A model generated the notes under the pieces. It ran no database searches. It had not been told where the DNA came from and saw only the letters and a program-made list of their open reading frames with translations. 64,000 nucleotides of DNA from contig OU015566.1 in NCBI GenBank assembly GCA_907165135.1, positions 14,074,001 to 14,138,000 of the forward strand. Reading direction: 5' to 3'. The DNA comes from Oikopleura dioica. Its lineage: Eukaryota; Animalia; Chordata. Each line of letters starts with the position of its first letter. Within the stretch, counting starts at the first letter, position 1. Position numbers and translations under genes: made by a program. Shown piece by piece: positions 28,096-40,880 of the stretch.

Positions 28096-28956
28096 ATGTT
28101 TGAAGAGGGAGGCTTGGATTTGGACCTGGTTTTGCCGGAGTTCCAGAAACAGGCTCAAGAATATGTCTGTGCCATCTGCAGGTTCAAATTATTTCCGCTA
28201 TATAAAGGTATCAAAAAATTAAGAAAAAATCTAGCTTCATTCTCCTCATCTCAATCAAATTCTAGCGGACTTTGCTACAAACCCCGAATAATCTGCCCAA
28301 AGTCGCACATGTTTTGCGAGTCCTGCATTTACCGCCTGCTGAAATGCTCTTCCCAAAAAGACAAATGTCCATCCTGCCGATCAAAATTCTCAACAAAAGA
28401 CATCAAGCAGCCGATTCGACCTTTGGTTAACATTTTGGACTTGATCAGAGTCAAGTGCCCGAACAAAGACTGGTGCTGGAAGGAATTGCAATATGATGAG
28501 TTGGATCGACATTTGAAGGTATCATCCCTTGTCTCGATTCTTCTATAAAAATGACTAGGAGTGCAAGAAACCAGAGGAAAAGTGCAAGGGCTGCCTGCGG
28601 GTTATGCACCCAGATATGCTAGAAGATCACGTGCAAAACTGCGTTCAATTTCTCCGACTAGAAGTAAAACGGTTGGAAAATCGAATTGCCGGACATGCTG
28701 CTCTCTGTTGGACTCCGACAACTCCTTGTCCAGAATGCAATGTACTAAGCGCTTTTTTCGCTTCATCAGCTTACTATCTTCTTAGGTGAATGAAGTGTAC
28801 AAAATGAAAGTCGGAACTCAAACAATCTGCCTTCCCTGCGAGGAAAAAGTCCCCGAAGCCGAGCGAGACAACATCCAGAACAAAGTGAAGGACTTCTTCA
28901 ACCGAATCAAAGAATCAGAAACATCGACCAAACTCAAGAATTTCTTTCGTTTTTAA
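28096..28956 (+). CDS. RING-HC plus TRAF-type zinc-finger E3 ligase-like protein
   Basis: CAIC...CPKSHMFCESC...CPSC; VKCPNKDWC...LDRHLKEC...CKGC...LEDHVQNC. Confidence 0.8.
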
Positions 28957-29077
28957 TCACACAGCTTTATGTTTGTAGAAAATATATTTACAGAACTTAC
29001 AGAACCCGTCAGCTTTTTTTTCGAGAATAACAAATTTTGAATTCCGAAATCTTCATCCAGGTATCGGATTCTACAGG

Positions 29078-30566
29078 TCAAAAACGACGTTGAAGTGTGG
29101 AAATATTAAACCTTATATAATTTCCACCAACATGCTTTATTTCAAACAATTGTCGTAATCCATCCTGCACGCTTGGCATCACCTTCGTGTCTTTGATGAC
29201 TCCATCTTTCCCATCGATTTGCTGCACTACCGCGTGGAAACGGGAATTATCTAAAGCCAAATAAATTTAATTTTCTAATTTGAAATTTCAAACTTCTGCA
29301 TTTTAACCAAAGACGATGTGTTCCATTTCCATTTTCTTTGCAGGCTGCGCTGAATTCAAGTTCCCAGTCAGACTCTTCGTAGCGAGCTTTTTTATCTTCA
29401 TCAGACGCTAACTAAAAGGAGTCTTTGTTGATTTCGAGATGAGGAAGTCTCGTACCTTTATGTTGACTATCCCCCAAGAGCCAGGAGTTTCAGCACATTT
29501 TGCAACTTTTCTTTGTCAAATCCACGTCTTGGTCCGCCTTCAGAAACGTGCCGGTCATCTCCGTAATAACAACCAGCACCTCGTTCGACTCCAATTTCTT
29601 TCTCCAATTCCATTAAGCGCTCCTCTCTCGTTTCGCTTCTTTCCTCGACTGCTTGCTTCTCTCTCCTCAGCTTCTCAATTTCTTGTTCCAATTTTTGGTT
29701 CCGCAGCTTTTCCCTCTTTTGATTCTGGCTTTCTATTCGAGAAGTCTTCTTGAGCTCCTCAATTTCTAGTAGCATGTGCTTAGTTTCTCTTTCGTGTATT
29801 TCTCGCTCGTTTTCCAGTTGATTGAATTCCTTTATTGAAATAAATGACGTTTTCTTTGCTAAATTTGATAACCTGATCGGGCGTTTCCGGGAAAGCAGCA
29901 TCTTGCAGGAAAGTGTTTTCTTGCTTCAATGTTGCAATTTCAACCTGCCAATTTGCTCGTTCTGACTCGAATTCCTTCAATGGATCAGTGATTTTATTAT
30001 CCGAAAAATCTTACCTCTTTGAGACGGTCAAGGCGATTTTCGTATTCAAAAGTCAGAACTTTTATTTTATGTTTATTTCGATCGTTCTCGGCTAGGGCGG
30101 CTTTTAGATTTGTTTGAAGCTCTTCAACTGCTCGCCATGCTTTTTGAGCTTCTTTTTGATATTTTTCTCGCTCATAATTCTGTTTATTTAACTCCTTGAA
30201 TCAGAATATGAATTTTCAATTTTCTGCGAATGGTTTTGACATGTACCTCCTTTAATTTCGTGTTCTCGTGATTTGGTCTTTTAATCTCGAATTCTTTTGC
30301 ATTTTCTGTCATTCTTCCTTCTTTCGGACTGTTCTGAGCAATTCCCGTATAAACCAAGTTCTTTAATTCTTCCATTCCTTTCCTTGTTTGCATCAGCTCA
30401 TACATTATTCCTTGATTGAGATCAGGGTAAAAAAGATTAACTATTCCAACCTGTTACCTGATGAATTTGAGTTGGGAGAAGAGGGTGAAATCGAGCTTTC
30501 TGGAACATCAGACATTGATATATCGCAGAATTCTGGTTTTGGCGGAAGACTTGAATAATCAGACAT
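29078..30566 (-). CDS. Hypothetical coiled-coil protein (multi-exon)
   Basis: E/K/R-rich heptad exons (e.g. LEQEIEKLRREKQAVEERSETREERLMELEKE) linked by GT-AG introns; ends approximate. Confidence 0.55.
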
Positions 30567-31641
30567 CTTTCAGATCAGATATTTATACTTGAAATTTGCT
30601 TTTAGCGAGCTTTGATAATCTCTAAAAAGTCAAAAATAAGTCATCAGTTTTCAAATCAACTAACATTTAATGACACGCAGTTATGTTGTTCCTTATTTAT
30701 GGCGCCACAATAATGATAGATCATAAATTTTAGCGCAGTCCACTACTCGCAATAATCAAACCTTCCTTTCTATACCGTTACTCTTTTTGAAGCAGCTGCG
30801 TTTTATTTAATAGTCGATTTTATAGTAGCAAAAGTTTTGCCGAGGCTAGAATTGTGTCCGCGCCGATTTTTTAACATCAATCACGATTCGTGATTCACGA
30901 AGCCCTTGTTGAATGATCTTTAGCTTCAGTTTCATCAAAAATAACGCGAATAATTTCCATTTTTGTGGAATACTTGTCAAATTTATAATAGTTTGAATTG
31001 TCGCAAAGTATGACAAGTGATTACAAGTTGTTCGACGATAGAGGGTCAGCCAGTGTCGCACCACTTGAAGCACAAGCACCACACCAAATAGCTGGCCACA
31101 GGCATGCTCGAACACCAAATGTTTTGGTAAATTGGAAATTCTTCTTCTACCACACGAAGTCTGAGGGTGAGCGGAGGTCGTTCCAAGAGTGCTTCTTCAC
31201 TACGAAGTTTGACGATCAAGGTGAACCATCTCTTTGTTCATTATTTATACGGTCACGTGATGGATAAGAGTGAGCTCTAGTCCTAAGTTAGGACTCCTAA
31301 CCACAACCCTTTGAAGTCGGACGAAAAATGTTTTTTTGTCAAAATTTCGCCGCTTTTGATTAGACTACTGAAAATTTATTGACTAAATTGCCAGGCAAAG
31401 AATCGCCGCAGAAAAAATTTTCAACCTTTTCAAAGTTCGTGGAGATTACTTTGGGAGAAGTCTTACTTGACTTTTGCACGTGTCCCGCATGTTATGATAA
31501 TTTTTGAGGGCGCCATAGTACCGTACCGATCTTGGTAAAATGCGATGGTGGATCGCTAGAATCAGGTTATTCTGAAATTTTCACGAGAGTAAGAGCAGAG
31601 TGTTGAAATATCGGATTTTTATTAAAATATTTTTTTAGGAA

Positions 31642-32670
31642 ATGGACTTCTTTCGAGGACTGGCTTTGCACGCTGCGATCGCCCAACAGGTTGCTCTTTG
31701 CTTCTAAGTCAAAAACTGACACTTCTTATTTTAGGTCGCTGGTCTAGAGCCATGCGGTACATTGACCGCGAACGGCTGCTGCCCAAGACTCAGAACCGAC
31801 GTGTTTGGAGTTGTCACCGCTTGCCAAGCTACCGGAGCTCTCCACAATGGAAGAGATGTATACGACTGCAGTGGTAGCCAATGGCTTGGCGATGTGAAAT
31901 GGGAATCGGACAAGGGATGGATCATGTGCGACAACCCAAACTATAAGGGCTGTAATAACGTTCTCGCATGGACTTCAAACGTCCCAGACTCAGCTTGCCT
32001 CGGTGACCATCAGTATTACTTCGACGAAGGAGATGCCTGGTCAGAAGTCTCATGCGATTGTGAAATGTCCCAACCTGAGCCACCAACTGAGTCGCCAACG
32101 GAGTCGCCAACTGAATCGCCAACAGCCCCTGATTGCGCAGTCTCATCTATTCCAGAAGCGCTCAATCCTTCTGGCGGCCAATTCAAGTGGAAATGCACAA
32201 AAGTTAAGAACGGTGCGCGGAAATGCAAGGCCAAATGCGACGGAAAAGGAAAAAATGCGAGCTATACGATTGCCTGCAACTCGGACGGCTGGTCCGTGCT
32301 CAATGGCGTGGCGCCCTCTTGCACAGCAGCTAAATGCTCGAACGACTCGATTCCTGCCAAATTCGCTCCTGCTGGCGCTCACTCTTGGACATGCAAGAGG
32401 AACAACGTCGGAAACAACTGCAAAGTCAAGTGCGACAATGGGGCAGACACTGGCGACTACATCGTCCGGTGCAAAAACAAGAATGATTTCTGGAATAATC
32501 GAGGAGCAACGGTTAGTTTATCAAACTTTTTTCGTTTTTATGAAATTTTTAGCCGCCATCTTGCTAAGAGAGACCCACGATCGTCTTCGATTATTAAAAC
32601 TTACCAAAAGATTTCTCCTTGTTTTATTCTGCTTATTTATCTAACTATGCTTTTCTGCCATCAGTTCTAA
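31642..32670 (+). CDS. Secreted Cys-rich modular protein (oikosin/house-protein-like), PTES repeat linker
   Basis: Signal-like MDFFRGLALHAAIAQ, Cys/Trp-rich N-domain, (PTES)x3, two sushi-like WxC-x-C-x3-C modules. Confidence 0.7.
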
Positions 32671-32736
32671 TTTCATAATTGATTGTTTCTCCACTGTTCT
32701 TTAATAAATTCATCTCTCCAAAAATATCTATTTTTT

Positions 32737-34513
32737 TCACAGAACATCGTTTAGTTTCAAATCATCAGTAACTTGTGTTCCAAATTCGCGAAAAAGAGTC
32801 CAGTCGAGTTCAAATTGATCAATCGTCTGGACGAAAACGTCCGGGTTGAGGTGAAAGTTCGCGCTGAAATCTTCTTTATCGACAAGGAGCGCTTCCAGTT
32901 CTGCCGAAGCTAGAATTTTGTCCGCCCCGATTTTTGCCGCGAAAGCAGAGAGTTTTTCCGTCAAGCCTTTTTTTGTTTTCAACCGATTTTTGAAGCAATT
33001 AATGCAAATTATTTATAGAAAACTTTCCTGAAAATAAGGACGTTAATTTTCCGCGAATGTCCAGTTTTTCAGCAAGTTGTTTTGCCGAATCCATCGCTTT
33101 TTCAGCTGGAATTTTGTCGATTAGACTGGTTGCCACCATTTCTTTTGCCTTCGACTTTGGAATGGGCGTTTGAGTACTTTTATTAGCGATGGTAGAGAAG
33201 GTCATTTCGGGATAGTCCGTGGCGAGATTTTCGATTGCTTCGATTCTGCTTTCGTAGAGCTTTAATTCTTCGTTGATTTCAGTCCTTGCCGGTTCTTTTT
33301 CAGCAACTTTTCTTGGTTTTTAAATGCTTCTTTATATAGAAAAATATCTTGTAAACCAAGTCAGAATCGTAGCTTTCAGCTCCATTATCAATTTCATCCC
33401 TTATTGCATCAAACTTGTCATAAACCATCGTTTTTCCATCGATCGAGTCAAGCGGATGGGATATTTTCGTCGACAAGATGTCTTCAGATTTTCTTATGAT
33501 GGTCTCAATTTGCGAGAGATCGAAATAACCATCACTTTCGTCGAATTCTTCCTCGTCTGAAAAACTGTCGAGAACTTCAAGTTGGTCGATGATTCGCTCG
33601 ATTTCTCGCTCGATGTTTTTGTAAGCACCACTGCTCGTCTTTTTATTAGCTTCAGAAAGCACTATCAGCTATAGATGCGCTCTTTCTGAAGCCTTACCTT
33701 AGCTGAAATTTGATTCAAATTGTCCTCAACTTCGACGTGTTTCAACCCCTCGCTTCCCGTCAAAATCTCATCGACACTTGGATAATTTTCAACCACCGCT
33801 AGGATTTTCTCCAGCGCTTCTTGTTTCTCCTCCAAGAACTTGATTCTTTTCTGTCTTTCCTCTTCAACGATTTTTCTCTCCTCCGCGATCGACTCTTCCG
33901 TCACGTGATGAAGACTGCTCGGGTCGGGTTCGAAAGACTTCATCATCACTCGATGCTTCCTGGAGAATTCGATGCTATCATCGAGGTATTGAGTTTGTCG
34001 ATTTTTCGTTGCCAGTTTTGGTTTAAAAGCAACACCAACATTTTTGTCTCTCAAAACAACACCATCAAAGATATTTTCAACGACCTGACGAAAGGGTTGA
34101 CAGCTAAAATTAACTCGCTTGAGTAGAAATGGTCCTTTACTGAAACATTTTACTGAAAAACTTATGAACCCCTTGGCCAATCTTTAGCTTTCTTGAATTG
34201 CTTCTTCGCGGGATCATATAGCTTCGGCAAAAACTGCAAGGCAAGTGTCCCAACAGCTGCTCCCGCGATCCCTCCTCCAGCAGAGGCAGTTGAGGCTTTC
34301 TTAGAAACAACATCGGCCACTCGATCTGCGATTTCTTCCGTCTTCGGCGCTAGAGTTGAGGAAGTGAACTTTGGCGTCGTGAATGGTTTCGCTGAAAAAT
34401 GGTTTGAAATCAACGAGGAAAGTACTGCTTACGCTTGAGGCATTGGTACCCATGATCGACCGATACTGAGTGCTCTGAAAGAGAAAAAAGACTGTGGCAA
34501 TGAAGAGAACCAT
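32737..34513 (-). CDS. Hypothetical helical protein with N-terminal signal/anchor (multi-exon)
   Basis: Chain of same-strand ORFs (34162-34413, 33665-34180, 33300-33662, 32999-33205, 32737-32982) separated by short introns; MVLFIATVFFLFQ start. Confidence 0.55.
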
Positions 34514-36530
34514 GACTTGGAAAAGGAGACTCGCTAACAAAGAGATCCACGCTTTGAATTGGATTCATGTCGCTTCTGTAACCAGGATGGCGGAACAATC
34601 TTGAGAATCGGGTATAATTTCGACTACCGGTAGCAGCGCCGGCTCTTTTGAGCTCATTTCTAATTTTATTCCGATCCCAGCATTCTTCGTACCCGATTTC
34701 GTCGTCTGGGTTGATGATGTACCTCGGCTCGTGCATCGGAAAAGTGAACACGTGAGCAAAACCGAGCGGCCTTGTCGTCATCGGGTCTAGAATAATCGCT
34801 TCTTTATCCATTCCTATTTGGTAGAAACTCTTTTCGCCCTCCGTCCCGTCGAGAAACACGCCTTCTTTTGAACTTCTTCGGAGGCCAGAGAAAAAGATCC
34901 CGTCGCAAGTTCTGAAGCCTTTCCCGAACTCCTGGACTCCGTTTTTCGGGTAAAACGTCAAATCCGACGGCGTGATTTCTGCATCGTCCTCGATTTCCAG
35001 CGGATTTTGAAGCTGCGACCACGTGATGAAATCGCCACTGCCATACGCGAGTTTGAAGTAATACGGTCGCGAGATGATCTCGTTCAGAGGCTCGAAGTTG
35101 AGCCAGCTTTCGGCGTCTTTGAATTCGCCTGTTCTAGCGTTGTTCGTGTCGTTTCCTTTGGCGAAGAATTTGCAGGTTTTTTCGTTGCAATATTTCATGT
35201 TGTTCAGGACTTCGACATCGAATGCGTCTGGGAATTTCTAGAGAAGGTTTCGTTCCTCGATTTTTAAAAGGACAAACCTGGTGATAGATGTGATGAAAGT
35301 CCCCCGGTCGTTTCTGGCAAAAATACAGTAACTCCTTCGTATCGCACCAGAAATCGTTGTATTTTCCATCAGCATCAAGGTACACACAGTCCTGATTTCC
35401 GTTATTATTCGGCTGGTCTTCTGCCCAGTTGCCTTCAAGATCGTCCCAAGTTTCAAATCGCTCGTCATAATTCAAGCTTCCAAAAGGAACTGCTTCCGAG
35501 GCACCACGTTTTTTTCTCCCGGCGCTGAGTTTTTGAAAGAATTCTGAAAATTTTAATAAGAAATCGCCATTTTCTTGCCAATTTTTAAATTCTCAAGACC
35601 TAATAAGGGGGCCTAGACTAATAAGAAGCCTGTATTTTCTACATCGACCAATCAGAAACCAGCATATTTCAACAAAAAGTACCTGGAGTTAAGGGTTTAA
35701 CCCACTGATCCATTGCCTTTATGTCTCCATTTTCGTCAATATTCACTTCTTCTGTCATATCATGGTAAAAAACCCACATTTCTGAAAGCTCCTCTATCTT
35801 TTTCTCATCCCCAGCGCCGACTTTCTCCCGAATATCGAGAATAAAATCCAAATATCGCTCGTCATAAATTCTCAAAAGCTCGAAATCGATTTTAGAAAAT
35901 TTGGAAATCAACGAAGAGTACCTGTGATTCTTGCCGTGCACAGTCCAGTCCTGCGAAAAAATTTTTCTTCTTTGTGTGCATGAGGCGGATGCAAGTGTTG
36001 TAACCTAAGTCGTCGCAGTACCATTCTTGTGGAGGAACTACAGTCGGAGCAGTAGTGGTTTCGGGGATCAAAGTGGAATTGGCGGGAAAAGTTGTTGTTT
36101 CATTTATCGTTGTGTTTGTTTGAATAAGGGTGTCATTAGAAATTCCGCTTCGTGCAAATTTCTCCTCGTAAGGGTCTGGCAAACACATTTCATTGAAAAA
36201 ATCTAGTCTGTTTTAATCTTCGAAATTCACTCTCTTGATAGTCTTTTTGGTCATTTCCGTTTCAACATTCAAACTCTTGATGTCTATTTTTTATTCTTTA
36301 AAATGTTTTTTTTTAAATTTAAATTTAATAAAAACTTGAATAAGTTAATGTAAACAACTTTAAGTCACTCAGCAAATATGCTCAAGACTCCAATATTTTT
36401 GCAAATAACAAGTTTTTCTCCATTATTTGAAAATTCCTCACTCCGAAAATGAGAAATCCAAAATCAAGAAGAGTAAGAATCAGAAGCGACTCGCCAAAGA
36501 AGAAAAAGCAGAAGATTGAAATTTCTTCAT
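34410..36530 (-). CDS. C-type lectin domain protein with Thr-rich stalk; boundaries approximate
   Basis: NWAEDQPNNNGNQDCVYLDADGKYNDFWCDTKELLYFCQK CTLD signature; T-rich N-glycosylated stalk. Confidence 0.75.
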
Positions 36531-37324
36531 CAGATTCAAGCGAGAATTTATTTCAATTGAAGAATTTCACCGCTGTTTTTGAGGCTTCTTTTCAGTCGCT
36601 TTCGTGAGTTTTGGCGGTTTTGGTTGAAAAGGGAAAAAATTCAGGTTGGATTGCACGATTTGCGGCTACTCCATGGACAGTACTTGCGGACTGCATCTGA
36701 AAAACCCGGAAGCAGAAAATGTTTGAAACCAAAAATTAAAATTTTTTTTCAAGAAATTTTTTTCGTTTTAGAAAAAATGCGAAATCTGCATCGGAAAATG
36801 CAACCATGGCTACCACTTCTGCTGTTTGGCTAAATATCTTGCCTATGCTGGTGAAAAAACGTACGAAAAAACGGTCTTAGAATGACTGTAACTCATTTTT
36901 AAGACTTGATGAGTGTCTCCAATGCGAGTCAAAATGGGAATTCAAAGAAAAACTGCCAATTTGACCAAATAAATAGCGAAAAAATTCTTTGGAGCGGTTG
37001 ATTTTTCGAGTGTTGTCAAAATCGGCAGATTTCGTTTGTTTCTAATTTTGACGATCAGCAGTGATAAAAAACGGAACACAAACGGGCAAGATTGAACAAG
37101 AAAGATAAAAAAAAGAAACAAATCGGTGGGTTTTTTAGAAGCTTATTATTGTTTGATGATCTTTTTTGCTTTAACATTTCTGGCAAGTTGCAATGACGCT
37201 ATTTTCGGCAGTTAACTTGGTGGTTTATAGTGTCAGATGTGCCCTTTAGAATTATGGAGACAATTTGGAAGAGCGTTCACTCAGTAGTTGAAGTTGTTAA
37301 ACGCTAAAAACACCAAACAAATAA

Positions 37325-39306
37325 ATGATTTTTTCCAGTTTTTTCGATATTTTTGAGCAGAAGAGCTTCTTTTTCCTCGATTCTGAATTAATCAAATTTT
37401 CCTCAACAGTGGTAATCTTGATTTGTTCCTTCATTTTGTACCTCCATCACAAGAAAACGGTTAAGTATATTTTTATCAAGAGATGATAATTGAAATTTCA
37501 AGAAAATCGAAAGAGAACTGGTCGCTGGAAACATCCTGACCGTCGATGACGGGTCAATTCAGAGAAATTTCCCGATTTTTGGACACGCTCTTTCATTTGA
37601 TTTCGATCCGGTTGCGTTTTTCCGCCAGCTGAACGACTTCGTCGACCATTTGAAGCAAAAAGACCCCGGCGCTCTTTATGGCTATCACTTGCTCGGGCCG
37701 AAGCCATCCTTGTTCGTTCTCAGTCCAGAAGGAGCCGAGGCCATTCTCAAATCGACCGTCCATATCCGCAAAGGGCTCTTTTACAAGCTCTTTCAGGACT
37801 GGCTTGGAACAGGACTGCTGACTTCTCACGGGAAAAAGTGGAAAACTCGGCGGCGGCTTTTGACTCCTGCTTTTCATAAAACTGTTCTTGCGGATTTCGT
37901 CGAGGTCATGAACGAAAAAGCAGCGAAGATGGTCGATATTTTGAAGGAAAAAATCAAAACAGAAAAGGTTGGAATTTAGAAAAAAAATGAAAGAAAAGTC
38001 TTTTTAAGAAAATCAACATGCATTGGCCAATAACACTTTGTGCGCTGGATATTATCATTCAGACCGCGATGGGGGCGGAATCGGACATTCAATTTGAGGA
38101 AAATGTAAGTTTCAAACTTTTCTTCAATTATGAAAATGTCCGTTTAAGAATTCCTACGCTCAAGCGATTTTTGACTGGATGGAACTGACCCAAATTCGCC
38201 ACAAATCAATCTGGTACTGGCCCGACTTGATCTGGAACCTCAGCCCGATCGGGCGGCGGCAGAAGAAAAATGTTACCAAAATGCATTCTTTCACGAAGAA
38301 GATTATTTGGGAAAGATGGAACCACTTTAGAGAGCTAAAAGAAGAGCTTGGAGATGACTTTGAGGCAACTTATTTTGCAGAAAAATGTGACAGTCGAGGA
38401 AGAATGGCGTTTTTGGGTGAGAAAGAGTTGATTTTTTAGGGTTGAGTTTTTGTATTAAGATACGCTCTTGAAAAGCCTGGATCGGGGTGAAATTGATCTG
38501 GAAGGGATTCGAGAGGAAGTGGATACATTTATGTTCGAGGTGAACGAGAATGGGGGCTTTCTTTTTCTTCATTTTCGGCATTCAGGGTCACGATACAACT
38601 GCTGCTGCTCTTTTATGGGCTGTTCAAGAAATTGGAGAAAATTGGGAAGTGATGAAAAAGCTTCATGAAGAAGTAGAACTTGTCTTTGGCGATTCCGATC
38701 GACCAGCGACTACTGGAGATCTTGATAAACTAACGGTTTGTCTTCCATGAAGCATTTTGTGAAATAATTTTTGAATAAGTTCCTTGAAGCGGTGATGAAA
38801 GAAACTTTGAGAAAATTTCCCTCTGTGACGATGTTTTCTCGGGAGTTTGATTCGGATTTGCTCGTCGAAAAAGGAGAAAGACGCTTTAAAATTCCAGCTG
38901 GCGCGATTGTTACTATAAATTGCTACAAACTCCACCGAGATGAAACGCATTGGAAGGAGCCTGAAAAGTTCGACCCATCGGTAAGAAAAATATGAATAAA
39001 GAGCCTCAGACATTTTTCTAGCGCTGGTTGGACGGGGGCTCTGGGGAGACGAGATATGCTTACTCGTACTTTCCGTTTTCTGCCGGCCCGAGAAACTGCA
39101 TTGGGCAGCGGATAAGAGCAATAATCTCAATTTATTTCGAATTTTTCCAGTTTGCGAATTTGACCAACAAAATCATTCTTTCGCATCTTCTCCGAAACTT
39201 CACCTGGAAATCCACGCGAAAAACAAACGAAATTCCGGTTTTGGCTGAAATTATCACGAGACCAAAGGGAGGAATCGACATTATTCTCGAAGAAAAACAT
39301 GCTTGA
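37325..39306 (+). CDS. Cytochrome P450, CYP4 clan (CYP4V-like); start approximate
   Basis: WLGTGLLTSHGKKWKTRRRLLTPAFH, EEVDTFMFEGHDTT, KETLR, FSAGPRNCIG. Confidence 0.95.
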
Positions 39307-39844
39307 TACTAAATGACAATAAAACTTTAGTTGAAGAAAAGACCATTTCTTTCTTTCATGGAAAATTTCCGCTTTGCCAAAGCAATAAATCTTGCCTTGG
39401 TCTGGCATTTGGCGTGAATTTCAAATTTGATATTCGCTACACCCGTCGTCGATTGTTATTGTTTTCCAATTTTATCGTCAAATGTCAACACGCATTTATT
39501 TTGCATATGTTGCGCCGCCACCACCGGCGATCAGCGACGCCACCATCGGATGCTTTAAAACTGCACCAGTTGGTGCGAATTCTATCATTTTTCCAGCTCG
39601 AGCAAAAGAGCAAAAGAGATATTTTGAAAGCGCTAGCATTGAAATCAAGGAAGAGGAACGCGTAAAAACCATGATTTTCGTGGCAAATCGGAACCTTTCG
39701 GGCACATAGCTAGAACCTGAAAGACGGGGCTATTGGTGCGAAAGGCTGCCGTTTTGAAACGGAAAATAATCGACGAAGAATAACTTTTTATTTCATTTAT
39801 TGGTTGCTCGATCAACAATAAGAGAGCAAAACGAGTTCACATAT

Positions 39845-40434
39845 TCAGATGAGAATTCCTTCCTCGTCTTGTTGCTTCGTCTCCAATTCTCGAAGAGTCT
39901 CGTTCAAGATTTCTTGAGCTAAAAAGAAGTAAGAAAAGACTCAATCAAAAAGTTTACTCACGATTCGCGTCTTCCTTGTTTTTTCCTATTGCGTTGATTT
40001 TTTCGAGCAGGGTGTCCATTTTCACGAAGTTAGCCTTGTAACTTTCCATCGCTTTTTGACATGAGAATTTAACTCTAGCTTTAATTTAATTCTAGTCTTC
40101 ATTTTCAAAGAAAACGCGCCTGAAATTGCTTGGTTGATGTTTTCGAGGACCAGTTCTTTCTTTTCCTTCTGCCCATTTTTTCCTAAATTTTTGATAAAAA
40201 TAATGAGCGATAAAGGTTTTAATAATTACCTTGATCCTGTTTTGGGGCAGTCTTCCGAGCCTGCTGAGAATCAGAAGCCACAAATTTCTGAAATTTTCCC
40301 ATCATCTGCATCATCTGCCGCTTCATATCATCTCCAGTATCAGTAGTCTCTTCGATTTTTTCCGGCTCTTTGGTGCTTTTTGCCGAAGTACCAACGCTTT
40401 TTCGAAAAGGCGTCTGTTGTCTCTTGCGAACCAT
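39845..40434 (-). CDS. Small hypothetical basic/coiled-coil protein
   Basis: MVRKRQQTPFRKS... exons joined by short introns to QEILNETLRELETKQQDEEGILI*. Confidence 0.5.
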
Positions 40435-40880
40435 GGCGACTTTGAAAGTGAACTCAAAAAAGCAAAATTGAAGACTTTTCAACGGAGCGGCGGCGCTTCG
40501 GCTCGAACCCGCTTTCCAGAAAAAATGGGCGTCAGCGAAGAGCACTTTCGAGCGGAGCTGCCTTTTCTCGATGAAAAAATGGAGGAATTACAAACTAACC
40601 AAGGCCATAGAATCTGGCTCGAAAACCAACCTTATGACTACACCAGTTGAAAACATGTCCTGCCGGCTTTATTCTCATGCCTTCTTTCTGCAATCAACAA
40701 AGAGTAATCTCTGGCACCTGCGATTTGAATAAATGTTCATGAAAGTTTTTAATATAATGATAAATAAAAAATCTGTTCTTTATGCGAAAAAAGAACAAAT
40801 TATTATCTTTTCAAGGGATTTTCATATTTTTATTTTGATGAATGAAACAGGGCAGTAGAAGAAAGAAAAACGTAAAGGCG

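Noticed and set aside
30998-31267. Short ORF DRGSASVAPLEAQAPHQ...
   Set aside because: No ATG context, motif or consistent exon chain could be established.
31278-31310. AGTCCTAAGTTAGGACT palindrome with CCTAACC motif
   Set aside because: Too short to support a feature; no partner end identified.
39496-39705. Small hydrophobic minus-strand ORF between CYP4 and the operon end
   Set aside because: May be a real micro-gene, but neither start, splice partners nor family could be supported.
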